The translations under genes were made by a program, and so were the position numbers. Source: an archaeon UBA583 (GTDB taxonomy: Archaea > Nanobdellota > Nanobdellia > Woesearchaeales > UBA583). From it: a DNA stretch of 64,000 nucleotides. The stretch's first letter is position 1. Each line of letters opens with the position of its first letter. The notes below the pieces were generated by a model. The model worked only from the letters and a program-made list of their open reading frames with translations, had not been told where the DNA came from and ran no database searches. Below are positions 1 through 9,342 of this stretch, piece after piece. The DNA is taken from assembly GCA_002506365.1 (NCBI GenBank), contig DAXK01000032.1, positions 17,269 to 81,268 of the forward strand. The letters run 5' to 3'.

Positions 1-1
1 T

Positions 2-145
2 AGTGGTGTAGCATTTGGTGGTGAACTCCTACAATCTCTCCCATGGTTAGATAAAAAGCTTGGACCAAAAATTACTCAATTTTTAAATGTTCATCAAGGA
101 ATAATTCACAAACTAACACAAGAAAAAGAAAATATGAAACTTTGA
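2..145 (+). CDS. 3' end of a CDS truncated by the window edge, product unknown
   Basis: Frame 2 is open from the window start (..SGVAFGGELLQSLPWLDKKLGPKITQFLNVHQGIIHKLTQEKENMKL), with TGA at 143-145 followed by hairpins. Confidence 0.3.
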   Translation, partial: SGVAFGGELLQSLPWLDKKLGPKITQFLNVHQGIIHKLTQEKENMKL

Positions 146-165
146 AAAATATTTCATTTTACAAA

Positions 166-192
166 GGATTAGAAATTTATCAAATTTCTTGA
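166..192. repeat. Hairpin element GGATTAGAAATTT-loop-CAAATTTCTTGA, copy 1 (8-bp stem 171-178/182-189)
   Basis: Near-identical copy at 32362-32391. Lies between two convergent gene ends. Confidence 0.5.
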
Positions 193-244
193 CATAACAA
201 ATAATAATAATAATTAATTTAAATAAATTAAATATTATTAAAAT

Positions 245-1951
245 TTATTTAACAATTACTGAAACCTCACTTAAACCATCATTTGAACCAGTCAAAATAT
301 TATACTTTTTACCCTTCTCTAAATTACAACTACTCAAATCCAATTTATTTAAATTTTTATTTAAACTTAAATCAGGACTGGATAAAAATTTAATCTCTGA
401 ATCATTTAAGATTCTATTATAAACTCTAACTTCTGAAATTTCCCCCTCAAATTTATTAGTTCCTGAACCTAAAGTAGCATAAGCACCAATATTTAATAAA
501 CCAACATCAACAGCAGAATAATTACTTTGATTTTCTAAAATAGAATTTACATATAATTTTTGAGCATTATTTCCTGAATCAAAAGTTGCAACAATTGAAA
601 ACTCTTTACCAGGAGTACATTTAGAAAATCCATCAGAATCAGCAGTTACAATATTATTATCTTTTCCAAAAGTAGACCAATAACTTTTATCTCCACTAAT
701 CGAATACTCACAAAATAAATAAATTCTCTCAACAGAAGAATTAATATTTGAAAAAATCGTATGATGCCAAGTATCAGCATTTGGAAAAGATGAAGTTTTA
801 GCCTTAGCAAAAACACTAAACTCACCAATATTAATATCATTTCTTAATGAATTAATATCAATATAACTTCTACCATCAAAATCAACACCATCATTAGTAA
901 ATTCAACAAAATTAGATTTTTTTAAATCAAATAATTTTTTAATCTCACCAGCACTTAAAGCCTTAGAATAAATTCCAACCTCATCAATCAAACCATCATA
1001 ATGAAAAAAATCAGCAGGATAATCTCCAAAATCCCCAATAGTGATTGGGTAAGGGTTTCTCATAACTCCAGTTAAATCCTCAGTTTCATTAACTAAAATA
1101 CCATCAACATATAATTGAATAATATCCTTATTTAAATCTCTAACTCCAACAATATGATGCCATTGACTATCATTCATTAATTGTGGACTTAAAACAACTG
1201 TTTCGTCTGAACCATCATGAACAGAAAAAACAGCCCTTTTAGATTTACCATATGAACTCCCAATCCACCAAGCATTACTGCCCGACCCATTGTAAGCCCC
1301 AACTAAAACTTCTGAAGAATTAGTATTTGAAGTAACTAGTTTCCCCCAAGCAGAAATAGTCCAACTAGTTGAATGAGTTAAATTAATAGTTGAAGAATTT
1401 CCAATTAAAATTCTTTGATCAATACCATTAAAATTAAAACAACCACCACTAACACATTCCGAATTTGTCCAAGTAGCCCCATCAATAGTTCCATCATTAT
1501 TATAACTAGTTAAATCATCAGCATTATTTGAATCAAAATTTAATAATAATCTTGAACTTCCGTATAATAAACCATCATTCCCAACCCCAGAATAATCTTT
1601 AATAGTAAAATTAAAATCATCAAATCTCCAATATCCAACTAAACTAACATTTGAAACATTAGCAATAGAATTATCAAAACTACAAACCTCATTTCCTAAT
1701 TCATCCTTAACAACTAACATATCTAATTCAGTAGAACCAACAGAATTTAAATATAAATTATCATTAATAACTCCCTCAACTCGAGCACTCCCGGCACTAG
1801 AAGTTTGAGATTCAACATCAACTAAAACAGAACTAGAAAAAGCAGTAAACCAACCTTGAAAACCTACAACAGAAATAACAGCAACAACAAGTAATAAAGC
1901 AGTTGCAACAACAGGAGAAACTCCATTTTTACTCAAAAAAAAATTAAACAT
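245..1951 (-). CDS. Archaeal type IV pilin-like (class III signal peptide) protein with two LamG/concanavalin-type lectin domains
   Basis: N-terminus ..SKNGVSPVVATALLLVVAVISVVGFQGWF matches the archaeal pilin/DUF1628 pattern. Two Laminin_G_3-like blocks: LVGYWRFDD..DYSGVGNDG..WTISAWGKL..WHHIVGV..LYVDG..YDGLIDEVGIYSKALSAGEI, and a second ending FEGEISEVRVYNRILNDSEI. Confidence 0.8.
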   Translation of the reverse strand: MFNFFLSKNGVSPVVATALLLVVAVISVVGFQGWFTAFSSSVLVDVESQTSSAGSARVEGVINDNLYLNSVGSTELDMLVVKDELGNEVCSFDNSIANVSNVSLVGYWRFDDFNFTIKDYSGVGNDGLLYGSSRLLLNFDSNNADDLTSYNNDGTIDGATWTNSECVSGGCFNFNGIDQRILIGNSSTINLTHSTSWTISAWGKLVTSNTNSSEVLVGAYNGSGSNAWWIGSSYGKSKRAVFSVHDGSDETVVLSPQLMNDSQWHHIVGVRDLNKDIIQLYVDGILVNETEDLTGVMRNPYPITIGDFGDYPADFFHYDGLIDEVGIYSKALSAGEIKKLFDLKKSNFVEFTNDGVDFDGRSYIDINSLRNDINIGEFSVFAKAKTSSFPNADTWHHTIFSNINSSVERIYLFCEYSISGDKSYWSTFGKDNNIVTADSDGFSKCTPGKEFSIVATFDSGNNAQKLYVNSILENQSNYSAVDVGLLNIGAYATLGSGTNKFEGEISEVRVYNRILNDSEIKFLSSPDLSLNKNLNKLDLSSCNLEKGKKYNILTGSNDGLSEVSVIVK

Positions 1952-2057
1952 AAAAATAAAATAAAATCATTATTTATAATACCTATTTATCACTAAACAA
2001 TATTAGTATAAAAAATAAAATAATAAACAAAAACAAAATAATTAATATGAAAAATAA

Positions 2058-2240
2058 TTATCCTGCGTAACAACAATGACACTTACACTCATTTGAACAA
2101 GGTCCATTACACTTACAAATTTGACAATCACAAGGCATACAACAATCCTTACAAAAATCATCTTCATCAAAAGACTTGTAAGCAACTTCTAACTCTTTTC
2201 CACAATCACAACACGTAATTTTTTTACTTTCTTCTACCAT
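2058..2240 (-). CDS. Cysteine-rich 60-aa protein (15 Cys), metallothionein-like or zinc-ribbon-like
   Basis: ORF with CCDC..CKDCCMPCDCQICKCNGPCSNECKCHCC. Non-AT-biased Cys codons are retained in an AT-rich genome. Confidence 0.6.
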   Translation of the reverse strand: MVEESKKITCCDCGKELEVAYKSFDEDDFCKDCCMPCDCQICKCNGPCSNECKCHCCYAG

Positions 2241-2314
2241 AAAAAAAACAAGATTAAATATTATATAAATCTATTTAATAACTAATAAGAAATATATTAT
2301 AATAAATACAATTA

Positions 2315-2950
2315 CTAATAATAAGTTTTCAAAGAACTAGCCTTAACTTGTTCAAAAACTTTCTTATAATAACTATTCCTATTTTGATTAAAATCATTAA
2401 CAGCATCACCCAATCCAATTACTCCAGAACAAGCAAGACCCAAAGAATAAATTCCAACTCCCACATAAGGACTCAAAACAAAAGATGAAAATAAACAAGC
2501 TGAAAAAAGTCCAACCTGACTAGGAAAATTTTTTCTACAAATACTTAAACTATCAACATCAAAACCCTCACAAGATACAATCCTCTCCAAACCATCCAAA
2601 TCTAAAATTGAACTCGCGCAAGTTTTAAACCCAAAATTCTCATCTAAAAAAACTTTCTTTTTAGAATAACTCGCATAAAAAGGAACAACAAACTTTTTCT
2701 CAGACTCTAACTCAACCAAACTCAAACCAAGTAAATCATAATCAACAACACTCAAAGGATTTGCTCTTCCTAAAACTACTCCATCAACAACTGGATTTTT
2801 CACTTCATTATACAAATAAGTATTAGAATTAAACTTATTACTCTCAGAAATAAAATCATAATCAATCCCTGGAAACATAAAAACCACATCATCAATAGTT
2901 GAAAAACTACACTTTTCAATTAACTCTTGAAAACTTGGAACATAAACCAT
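2315..2950 (-). CDS. Hypothetical protein with C-terminal hydrophobic segments
   Basis: 211-aa ORF 15 nt downstream of the giant surface protein gene. Has a C-terminal GLFSACLFSSFVLSPYVGVGIYSLGLACSGVIGLG stretch. Confidence 0.55.
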   Translation of the reverse strand: MVYVPSFQELIEKCSFSTIDDVVFMFPGIDYDFISESNKFNSNTYLYNEVKNPVVDGVVLGRANPLSVVDYDLLGLSLVELESEKKFVVPFYASYSKKKVFLDENFGFKTCASSILDLDGLERIVSCEGFDVDSLSICRKNFPSQVGLFSACLFSSFVLSPYVGVGIYSLGLACSGVIGLGDAVNDFNQNRNSYYKKVFEQVKASSLKTYY

Positions 2951-2964
2951 TCTTAAAAAAAAGT

Positions 2965-5900
2965 TTAATCAATTCTAATATAAGAATATCTTGTAAACTT
3001 TTCTTCACCAACATTAACTGAATATCTAACTGGATACATTCCAGACTCAACATCAGACTTTACAAATAAAGGAATCTCAATACTTTTACTTTGACCCTTC
3101 TTTAAACCAATACTATCTGAAAATGAAATTCCTAAATCAGCTGAAATAACAGTAATTTCAATTTGTTTTGAAACAGCCTCATTATTAACTGCACTAAACT
3201 CAATTGAATTATAACCTCTATCAACACTACCTAATAAAGCAGCACCCATATAATTCATAATATCTAAACCATTACCCCTAATTGAAGTAATCTTAACTTG
3301 TTCAGCTTGTTTAAAAAATCTTACATTCTCTGAAACAACAACTTCTCCACCAAACTCATCCATTAACTTAACATTAAAAGTGCAATACTCACCAGCACCA
3401 ATATTAATATTAAAATCTCTAGTATCTAAATCAAAATTAAATACATAAACACCATTAACCTCTGAATAAATTCCTGAAGCCATAGCACCATTTGAACTAG
3501 TAGATAAAGTTCCAGCAAAGTTATTACAAACTAACTCAGGTTTTAAACTTACAACTCTCTTAGCTAATTCTTCATTTGTAATCTCAATTGCAAAATCAAA
3601 CTCAAATAACTCTAAATCTGACTCAACAATTAAATCAATATCTAACTCTGATAAATCAACATATAACTCAAATAAATCTGAAATCTCTGAACTAACTACA
3701 TTCCCTGATTCATCTCTAACAATTAACTCAAAAGTTCCAATACCAACTCTACTATAATCAATAATCTCTAAAGTCCCTGAACATGAAACATTATTTGAAA
3801 CTGAATTAATAATTAATTCGCAAGTAATATCTTCATTATTTCCATGTGTAGCATCCCAACTAAAAGTTAAATCAGTCTTCACAAAATTTCCATTTGTAGA
3901 TGTATATCCAAAATTTGAAATAATTGGTTTATAATTACTAAAAGTTTCAACAGCAAAGGAATTAACTTTATCACCATCTAAATCAGTAACAACTAACTCA
4001 AAGATTCCTTTCCCTTCCCTATTATAATTATCAATTGTAAAATTTCCATCACAATCAACCACATTTGAAACTGAATTAACAATTAATGAACAAACAATTT
4101 CTTCATTATTTTCATGACCAACAACCCAACTAAAAGATAAATCTGTAGCTAAAGCATCTCCATTTGAACTATTCATATCAAAACTTGTAATAAAAGGCTT
4201 ATAATCAATAATAATTACTTCTTGTTCAAAATCTTTTAAAATAATTGAAGTAACTTCATTATTATTTAAATCTGAAACAACTAACCTAAAAGTTCCAGTT
4301 CCAACAATATTATAATTATTATAATTAAATGTTCCTTGATCACAATCAACAATACTTGATTCACTATTTACAAATAATTCACAAACAATATCCATTGAAC
4401 TATTTTCATGACCAACAACATAATCAAAAGTTAAATCAGTTGAAACAAATTCATCATTACTACTTGTTAAATCAAAACTTGTAATAAAAGGTTTATAATC
4501 AACTACAACAACTTCATTCTCAAAACTCTTTTTAATAATTGAAGAAACTTCATCACCAGACTCATCTCTAACAGTTAAAGTAAAAGTTCCCTCTCCAACT
4601 TTAATATAATTCTCTAACTCAAAATTTGAACTACAAGGAACCACATGAACATTTGAATTTACTTTAATTTCACAAACAATATCTTCTGACACATTTTCAT
4701 GACCAACAACATAATCAAAAGTTAAATCTGTAGGAACATAAATTCCATTACTACTTGTTAAATCAAAACTTGTAATAAAAGGTTTATACTCAACTACAAC
4801 AGGTTCACTCTCAAAAGTTTCAATAATAGTTTCAGTAACTGAAAATCCTGATTCATCTGTTACAACTAATTCAAAAATTGAATCTCCCTCAACATTAAAA
4901 TCATTAATACTAAAATCACCTAAACAATCAACTAAATTAATAACTGAATTAACAACTAATGAACAAACAATTTCTTCATTTGAATTCTCATGACCAACTT
5001 CATAACTAAAAGTTAAATCTGTAGGAATAATATTCCCATTTGAACTACTCATATCAAAACTTGTAATAAAAGGTCTATAAACTACCTCATAAACATAAAT
5101 CTCTAACTCACTAGTAATTGGAGCATTAACACCATCAGTAACAGTTAAAACAACCTCAAAAGTTCCAGTTTCATCAAATGTATGAGAAATTCTATCTAAA
5201 TCTGAACAATCTCCAGACTCAACAGTAAAATCTCCAAAATCAATTGAACAAACTAAATCAGTATTATCAACATCAGTTACTTCAACATTAAAAAAAGTTG
5301 TGAATTCTAATTCTCCTGAATTTTCATCAGCTGAAAAAAGAGCAATTACTGGATTTGAATTATCAGTAAAATTTACAATAAATAAATCAGTTGAACTAGC
5401 ACCCAAACTATCTGTAACAATTACTTCAAACTCTGACACACCAACTTTATTTGAACTTGTTAAAGTTAAAATTCCATTATTATAACTAAAACCTGAATCC
5501 CCTGAATTTTTAGTAAAATCAATATCTAACTCTGAAAATTCTTCATTATAATCAACAACATAATTTTCAACATCAATTTCAATTAAATTTTTATAATAAT
5601 CACTAACATCTGGAATTGAAACAACTGGCTTTGAATTTTCTTCACTCAAAGTAATTGTAATAGATACATCTGAACCAACATCAATAGATCCAAACTTTGA
5701 TTCATATCCATCATAACTAACAATATAATCATAATTACCAAATAAAACTTCTGAAAAAGTAACTTCTCCATCATCTCCAGTAACTAAACTAATTGAATCA
5801 AAAACAACTTCAGCTCCAACTAACTCAGAACTATCTGCTCCTAAAACTCTAAAAGTTACATCAAATGTTTCAGGTTCACTAATAATTAAATTTTGAATTT

Positions 5901-7185
5901 GTGTAACATTATTTGAAATATCACAATTTTCTCCATTAGGATCAACAACAACTTTCACACTATGTGTCCCAGCACCTAAATTTGAAATATAACTACTTAA
6001 ATCCTCATTAAAAGCTTTTAAACTTGATTCTGAAACTAAATTAGTTCTACTAACAACTAAACTATCATCAAAATAAATTCCATAATCAAAATTCATTGGA
6101 GTAACAGATTCATCTCTATAAGCTCCAGTTTTAAAATTTGCAAATAAATCTTCACCAACAACAATTTGAGTAACCTCACTAGATAAATCAAAACTATTAT
6201 CATTTGATAACATAAAATCTTCAATTCTAGCATAACAAGCAGACTCTAACTCTTTAGGATAAATTGTCTCATAAGCATAAGCATAATCTTTTTGTGAAGA
6301 TACAATTTGTGAATCTACAACTTCTGTTTCAACTTTAAACTCAACTCTAGCATTTTCTAAATTAGTTGAAGGTGTCCACTCAAATGCAGTTAAACTAGCA
6401 CACTCATCAGCTAAAATTGATAAAGTAACTCTCTCTGAAAAATATTCAACATTTGAATCATCATTTTTAATAGTTAATTTAATATCAGTTTGAGCTGAAA
6501 AATCAGAATATCCGCTAGGAATTGTAGGTTTCCACCAATCTGAATTTGTTAACCTATAAGCTGAACAAACAGTCTCAGAAATTTGGACAGGAACAGATAC
6601 TTGAACTGGTTTTAAAGAATTCTCAGTATTTACAATATTTAATTCTCCAACTTCAGCAATTGCTGAATTCCCTTTAACAAATTCTAAATTTGTATAATAA
6701 TTATCTTTACAAACATCATAATTACAAACAATATTATCTTGCTTAGCATACTTTACAAAATACTCATCATCACTTGCTGAAAAATACATTAAATATCCAA
6801 ATTGTTTATTTGAATCTAATTTAACTGAAATTAAATCATCTGAACTAATTGAATAATAATCTGACCCAATAGCTGAATTATCTAAACAAGTTAATAATTG
6901 ATTATAATTTTGGTTTTCATTATAAGTAACTGCGCAAGCTTCAATAGTATTTCCATTATGTAATTGAACTTTTGAACTATAATCAACACTACTACAATCA
7001 GCATTATTACAAGCATAACCTGAAACATAAATATCTGATGGAATATCTGTTGTTGTAAAAACAGGATTATAAAATGAATAAACATCAGCTGAATAAACTG
7101 AACTCATACTAAAAACTAAAACAATTAATCCAAAAACAAAATTCAAAAAAGTTTTATTATTTAAATTTAAATTATTTTTATTCAT
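2965..7185 (-). CDS. Giant secreted surface protein with CarboxypepD_reg-like, PKD-like, five tandem Ig/PKD-like repeats and a C-terminal CARDB/DUF11-like region
   Basis: Start preferred at the internal ATG 7185 (MNKNNLNL..), which has a GGGGTG SD-like motif about 9 nt upstream and a signal peptide FGLIVLVFSMSSVYSA. PKD-like block DFGDF..HTFDETGTFEVVLTVTDG. Five repeats begin YKPFITSFD. Confidence 0.85.
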   Translation of the reverse strand: MNKNNLNLNNKTFLNFVFGLIVLVFSMSSVYSADVYSFYNPVFTTTDIPSDIYVSGYACNNADCSSVDYSSKVQLHNGNTIEACAVTYNENQNYNQLLTCLDNSAIGSDYYSISSDDLISVKLDSNKQFGYLMYFSASDDEYFVKYAKQDNIVCNYDVCKDNYYTNLEFVKGNSAIAEVGELNIVNTENSLKPVQVSVPVQISETVCSAYRLTNSDWWKPTIPSGYSDFSAQTDIKLTIKNDDSNVEYFSERVTLSILADECASLTAFEWTPSTNLENARVEFKVETEVVDSQIVSSQKDYAYAYETIYPKELESACYARIEDFMLSNDNSFDLSSEVTQIVVGEDLFANFKTGAYRDESVTPMNFDYGIYFDDSLVVSRTNLVSESSLKAFNEDLSSYISNLGAGTHSVKVVVDPNGENCDISNNVTQIQNLIISEPETFDVTFRVLGADSSELVGAEVVFDSISLVTGDDGEVTFSEVLFGNYDYIVSYDGYESKFGSIDVGSDVSITITLSEENSKPVVSIPDVSDYYKNLIEIDVENYVVDYNEEFSELDIDFTKNSGDSGFSYNNGILTLTSSNKVGVSEFEVIVTDSLGASSTDLFIVNFTDNSNPVIALFSADENSGELEFTTFFNVEVTDVDNTDLVCSIDFGDFTVESGDCSDLDRISHTFDETGTFEVVLTVTDGVNAPITSELEIYVYEVVYRPFITSFDMSSSNGNIIPTDLTFSYEVGHENSNEEIVCSLVVNSVINLVDCLGDFSINDFNVEGDSIFELVVTDESGFSVTETIIETFESEPVVVEYKPFITSFDLTSSNGIYVPTDLTFDYVVGHENVSEDIVCEIKVNSNVHVVPCSSNFELENYIKVGEGTFTLTVRDESGDEVSSIIKKSFENEVVVVDYKPFITSFDLTSSNDEFVSTDLTFDYVVGHENSSMDIVCELFVNSESSIVDCDQGTFNYNNYNIVGTGTFRLVVSDLNNNEVTSIILKDFEQEVIIIDYKPFITSFDMNSSNGDALATDLSFSWVVGHENNEEIVCSLIVNSVSNVVDCDGNFTIDNYNREGKGIFELVVTDLDGDKVNSFAVETFSNYKPIISNFGYTSTNGNFVKTDLTFSWDATHGNNEDITCELIINSVSNNVSCSGTLEIIDYSRVGIGTFELIVRDESGNVVSSEISDLFELYVDLSELDIDLIVESDLELFEFDFAIEITNEELAKRVVSLKPELVCNNFAGTLSTSSNGAMASGIYSEVNGVYVFNFDLDTRDFNINIGAGEYCTFNVKLMDEFGGEVVVSENVRFFKQAEQVKITSIRGNGLDIMNYMGAALLGSVDRGYNSIEFSAVNNEAVSKQIEITVISADLGISFSDSIGLKKGQSKSIEIPLFVKSDVESGMYPVRYSVNVGEEKFTRYSYIRID
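3670..5079 (-). repeat. Five tandem coding repeats of about 290 nt (about 97 aa) inside the giant surface protein
   Basis: Repeat pattern Y[KR]PFITSFD..SSNG...TDLTF.Y.VGHEN...IVC...VNS....C.......Y...G.G.F.L.V.D..G..V. Two conserved Cys per unit. Confidence 0.8.
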
Positions 7186-7189
7186 TTTA

Positions 7190-7888
7190 TTAACACCCCT
7201 TTGAAACAATAGTTACTAATGTTCCCCCAACAGAACCACCAGTTGAACCTGTAGTCCCAAATCCTGAACTAGTAGTATTCCCAGTTGTAGTTGTTGAAGA
7301 ACTTCCTCCAGCACACCCAGCAGCAGAACCTGAACCTCCTTTTGAAGCAAAAGCAGCATTTAAAGCAAAAGCCCAAATACTAGCAGAAGTAGGTTCAGAA
7401 AAATTTGACCACTCTCTCCATTCATTTGATTTTACTCTTTCATTATTTCCAACATAACTAGCCATTCTAGCATCTAATAATCCAGACTTAAAAGTTCCAA
7501 TATCACAAGAATAATTTCCATTATCTAATAAATTACAATTATTTGCCTCAATATTTTTATAATTAATTCCTGAAGGGAATGTATTTAATAATTCACTAGC
7601 TAAAGATTTATACTTATCAACTTCAGTTGTTAAAGTAGCATAATGATTATCAAAATCTTGATCAAAATCTTTAATAAAACCACCCTCATAAGCATCCTTT
7701 ATATCATTAATTTGATATTCAAAAGGATTTCCAGTAGCTTTTGTTTTTTCCTTTAAAACTTGTGTTTGAGCAGCAATATTACTATATTGTAAAAATAAAT
7801 CTCCAGCATTCTTTGGAGCAGTTGAAGCGCAACCTCCTAATAAAGATCCTGCTAATACAATTGTTGCAATTTTTTTATCTAAACTCAT
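7190..7888 (-). CDS. Putative lipoprotein with Gly/Ser/Thr-rich C-terminal tail
   Basis: Lipobox-like LAGSLLGGC near the N-terminus. C-terminus GGSGSAAGCAGGSSSTTTTGNTTSSGFGTTGSTGGSVGG. ATGA overlap with the upstream gene (7885-7888). Confidence 0.7.
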   Translation of the reverse strand: MSLDKKIATIVLAGSLLGGCASTAPKNAGDLFLQYSNIAAQTQVLKEKTKATGNPFEYQINDIKDAYEGGFIKDFDQDFDNHYATLTTEVDKYKSLASELLNTFPSGINYKNIEANNCNLLDNGNYSCDIGTFKSGLLDARMASYVGNNERVKSNEWREWSNFSEPTSASIWAFALNAAFASKGGSGSAAGCAGGSSSTTTTGNTTSSGFGTTGSTGGSVGGTLVTIVSKGC

Positions 7889-9195
7889 TTTTTATTTCCT
7901 CCTAAAGCAGTATAACCAGAATCAATTTCAGAATTAATTCCTCCATAAATACATTTAATAGTTTCCCCTGCATTAAAATTTGAAAATGTTTTCTTATCAT
8001 TAACTCCAGCAATACAAGTTTCACCAACATTAGTTAATTTGTCATCTAAATCTCCTTTCATCATTCTTCCAGTATAAGCAGTCATATTTTGTAAAATCCA
8101 ATCATCACCCGGTAAAATAAAATTTACAAAAGTTCCATCTCTTAAAGTTGTAGCATAAGCAGACTCTGAACTAACATTCGCCACATTATTCATATGATAA
8201 TTAGCAATATCAGATCCTGTTCTATCATGAACAGCTGATAATGAAATTCCATTTGCAAAATCTTCTAAACTAATACAATTATTTTCACCCTCCTTACAAT
8301 TTAATTTAACATTTGAATCAAAATAATTACTTCCAGAAACTAAAGCTTCTAAATTTCCTTTTGCTCCTGTTACTTTTTGTAAATAAGCAGCATCAGTTAC
8401 AGCCACAATATTTTCTTCAGGTAAAACTGAACTTGCTCTTTGATAAATTGAAGCAGCCATTCCCTCAATATTTGTAGGAAATCTTGACTTTTTATTAAAA
8501 GCATAATTTTTACCATTAAAACCTTTTCCTGATGAAACATTATAATTTGCTGAAGATTCATCAGTCTTTGAATATAATGAAGGATAAATTGAAAAATCAT
8601 CTCCTGAACCAGGTGTTAAAATATAACTTTTAGCTAATTCTAATTTTTCTTCTGAATCTTCAGAGATTGCTGATTGAACTACCTTACCAACATTAATATC
8701 TCCTAATCTATCACTAAAATCATACCAAACTTTACTTCTCTTCCCATTTCTAAATTGTTTATTTAATTTAGATTCTGTTCTTGGATCACAAAAAGCTAAT
8801 TTATTATCAGCAGCATTTACACAAAATTCACCAGTTTTTTCATCTGTTCCATATTTATAAGTTCTAATCATATATTGACCATCTGAGAATTTATCCCCTT
8901 CAATATCTTCTAAAACTCTATCACCATAAGTTGACTTATGATTATTTGCAACACATTCTTCAACATTTTTACCATTTCCTAAATTAGAAATATCATATTT
9001 AGTTCCTTTTTCTAACCATCTATCAGAAATTTTATTATATTTAGATTTACATTCAACAGATAAATTTGTATTCCCATCAGTTCCAAAGCTTTGAAACCCA
9101 TTTGCAGCATATACAGGACTATTAGCCCCTAAACTTAAAGCAGCTGTAACTCCAGCAGCTAAAATATTTGTTTTTAATGATTTTTTGTAGTTCAT
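7885..9195 (-). CDS. Secreted protein of unknown function
   Basis: 436-aa ORF with signal peptide ILAAGVTAALSLGANSPVYA. TATA-like TTTATAAA lies 26-35 nt upstream of the ATG. Confidence 0.7.
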   Translation of the reverse strand: MNYKKSLKTNILAAGVTAALSLGANSPVYAANGFQSFGTDGNTNLSVECKSKYNKISDRWLEKGTKYDISNLGNGKNVEECVANNHKSTYGDRVLEDIEGDKFSDGQYMIRTYKYGTDEKTGEFCVNAADNKLAFCDPRTESKLNKQFRNGKRSKVWYDFSDRLGDINVGKVVQSAISEDSEEKLELAKSYILTPGSGDDFSIYPSLYSKTDESSANYNVSSGKGFNGKNYAFNKKSRFPTNIEGMAASIYQRASSVLPEENIVAVTDAAYLQKVTGAKGNLEALVSGSNYFDSNVKLNCKEGENNCISLEDFANGISLSAVHDRTGSDIANYHMNNVANVSSESAYATTLRDGTFVNFILPGDDWILQNMTAYTGRMMKGDLDDKLTNVGETCIAGVNDKKTFSNFNAGETIKCIYGGINSEIDSGYTALGGNKK

Positions 9196-9220
9196 ATATA
9201 GTATTTACTACGCAGTGATG

Positions 9221-9253
9221 ATTTATAAAGGTTTTGTATGTTGTAACTTAAAG
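9221..9253 (-). promoter_or_regulatory. TATA-like box (9221-9230) plus upstream CTTTAAGTTACAAC motif (9240-9253)
   Basis: The same two-part architecture occurs upstream of four other genes (10353-10386, 11045-11079, 24771-24793, 35711-35738). Confidence 0.35.
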
Positions 9254-9342
9254 TAACACTAATTAAGTATAGCGAATTAGAAAAAAAAGGAAAATTAAGG
9301 CTTAAAAAAATATTTTAATTTTTAGAGAAAAATATAAATAAT

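Noticed and set aside
646-8600. Short ORFs nested in or antisense to the large surface-protein genes (646..840, 5300..5485, 6891..7085, 8397..8600)
   Set aside because: They are alternative-frame or antisense products of AT-rich coding sequence with I/L/F/K-rich composition and no independent start or promoter context.
9216-9232. GTGATGA (C-box-like) in the spacer upstream of 7885..9195, a possible C/D box sRNA
   Set aside because: No CTGA D box, C'/D' boxes or terminal stem at the appropriate distance. The heptamer alone is not significant.
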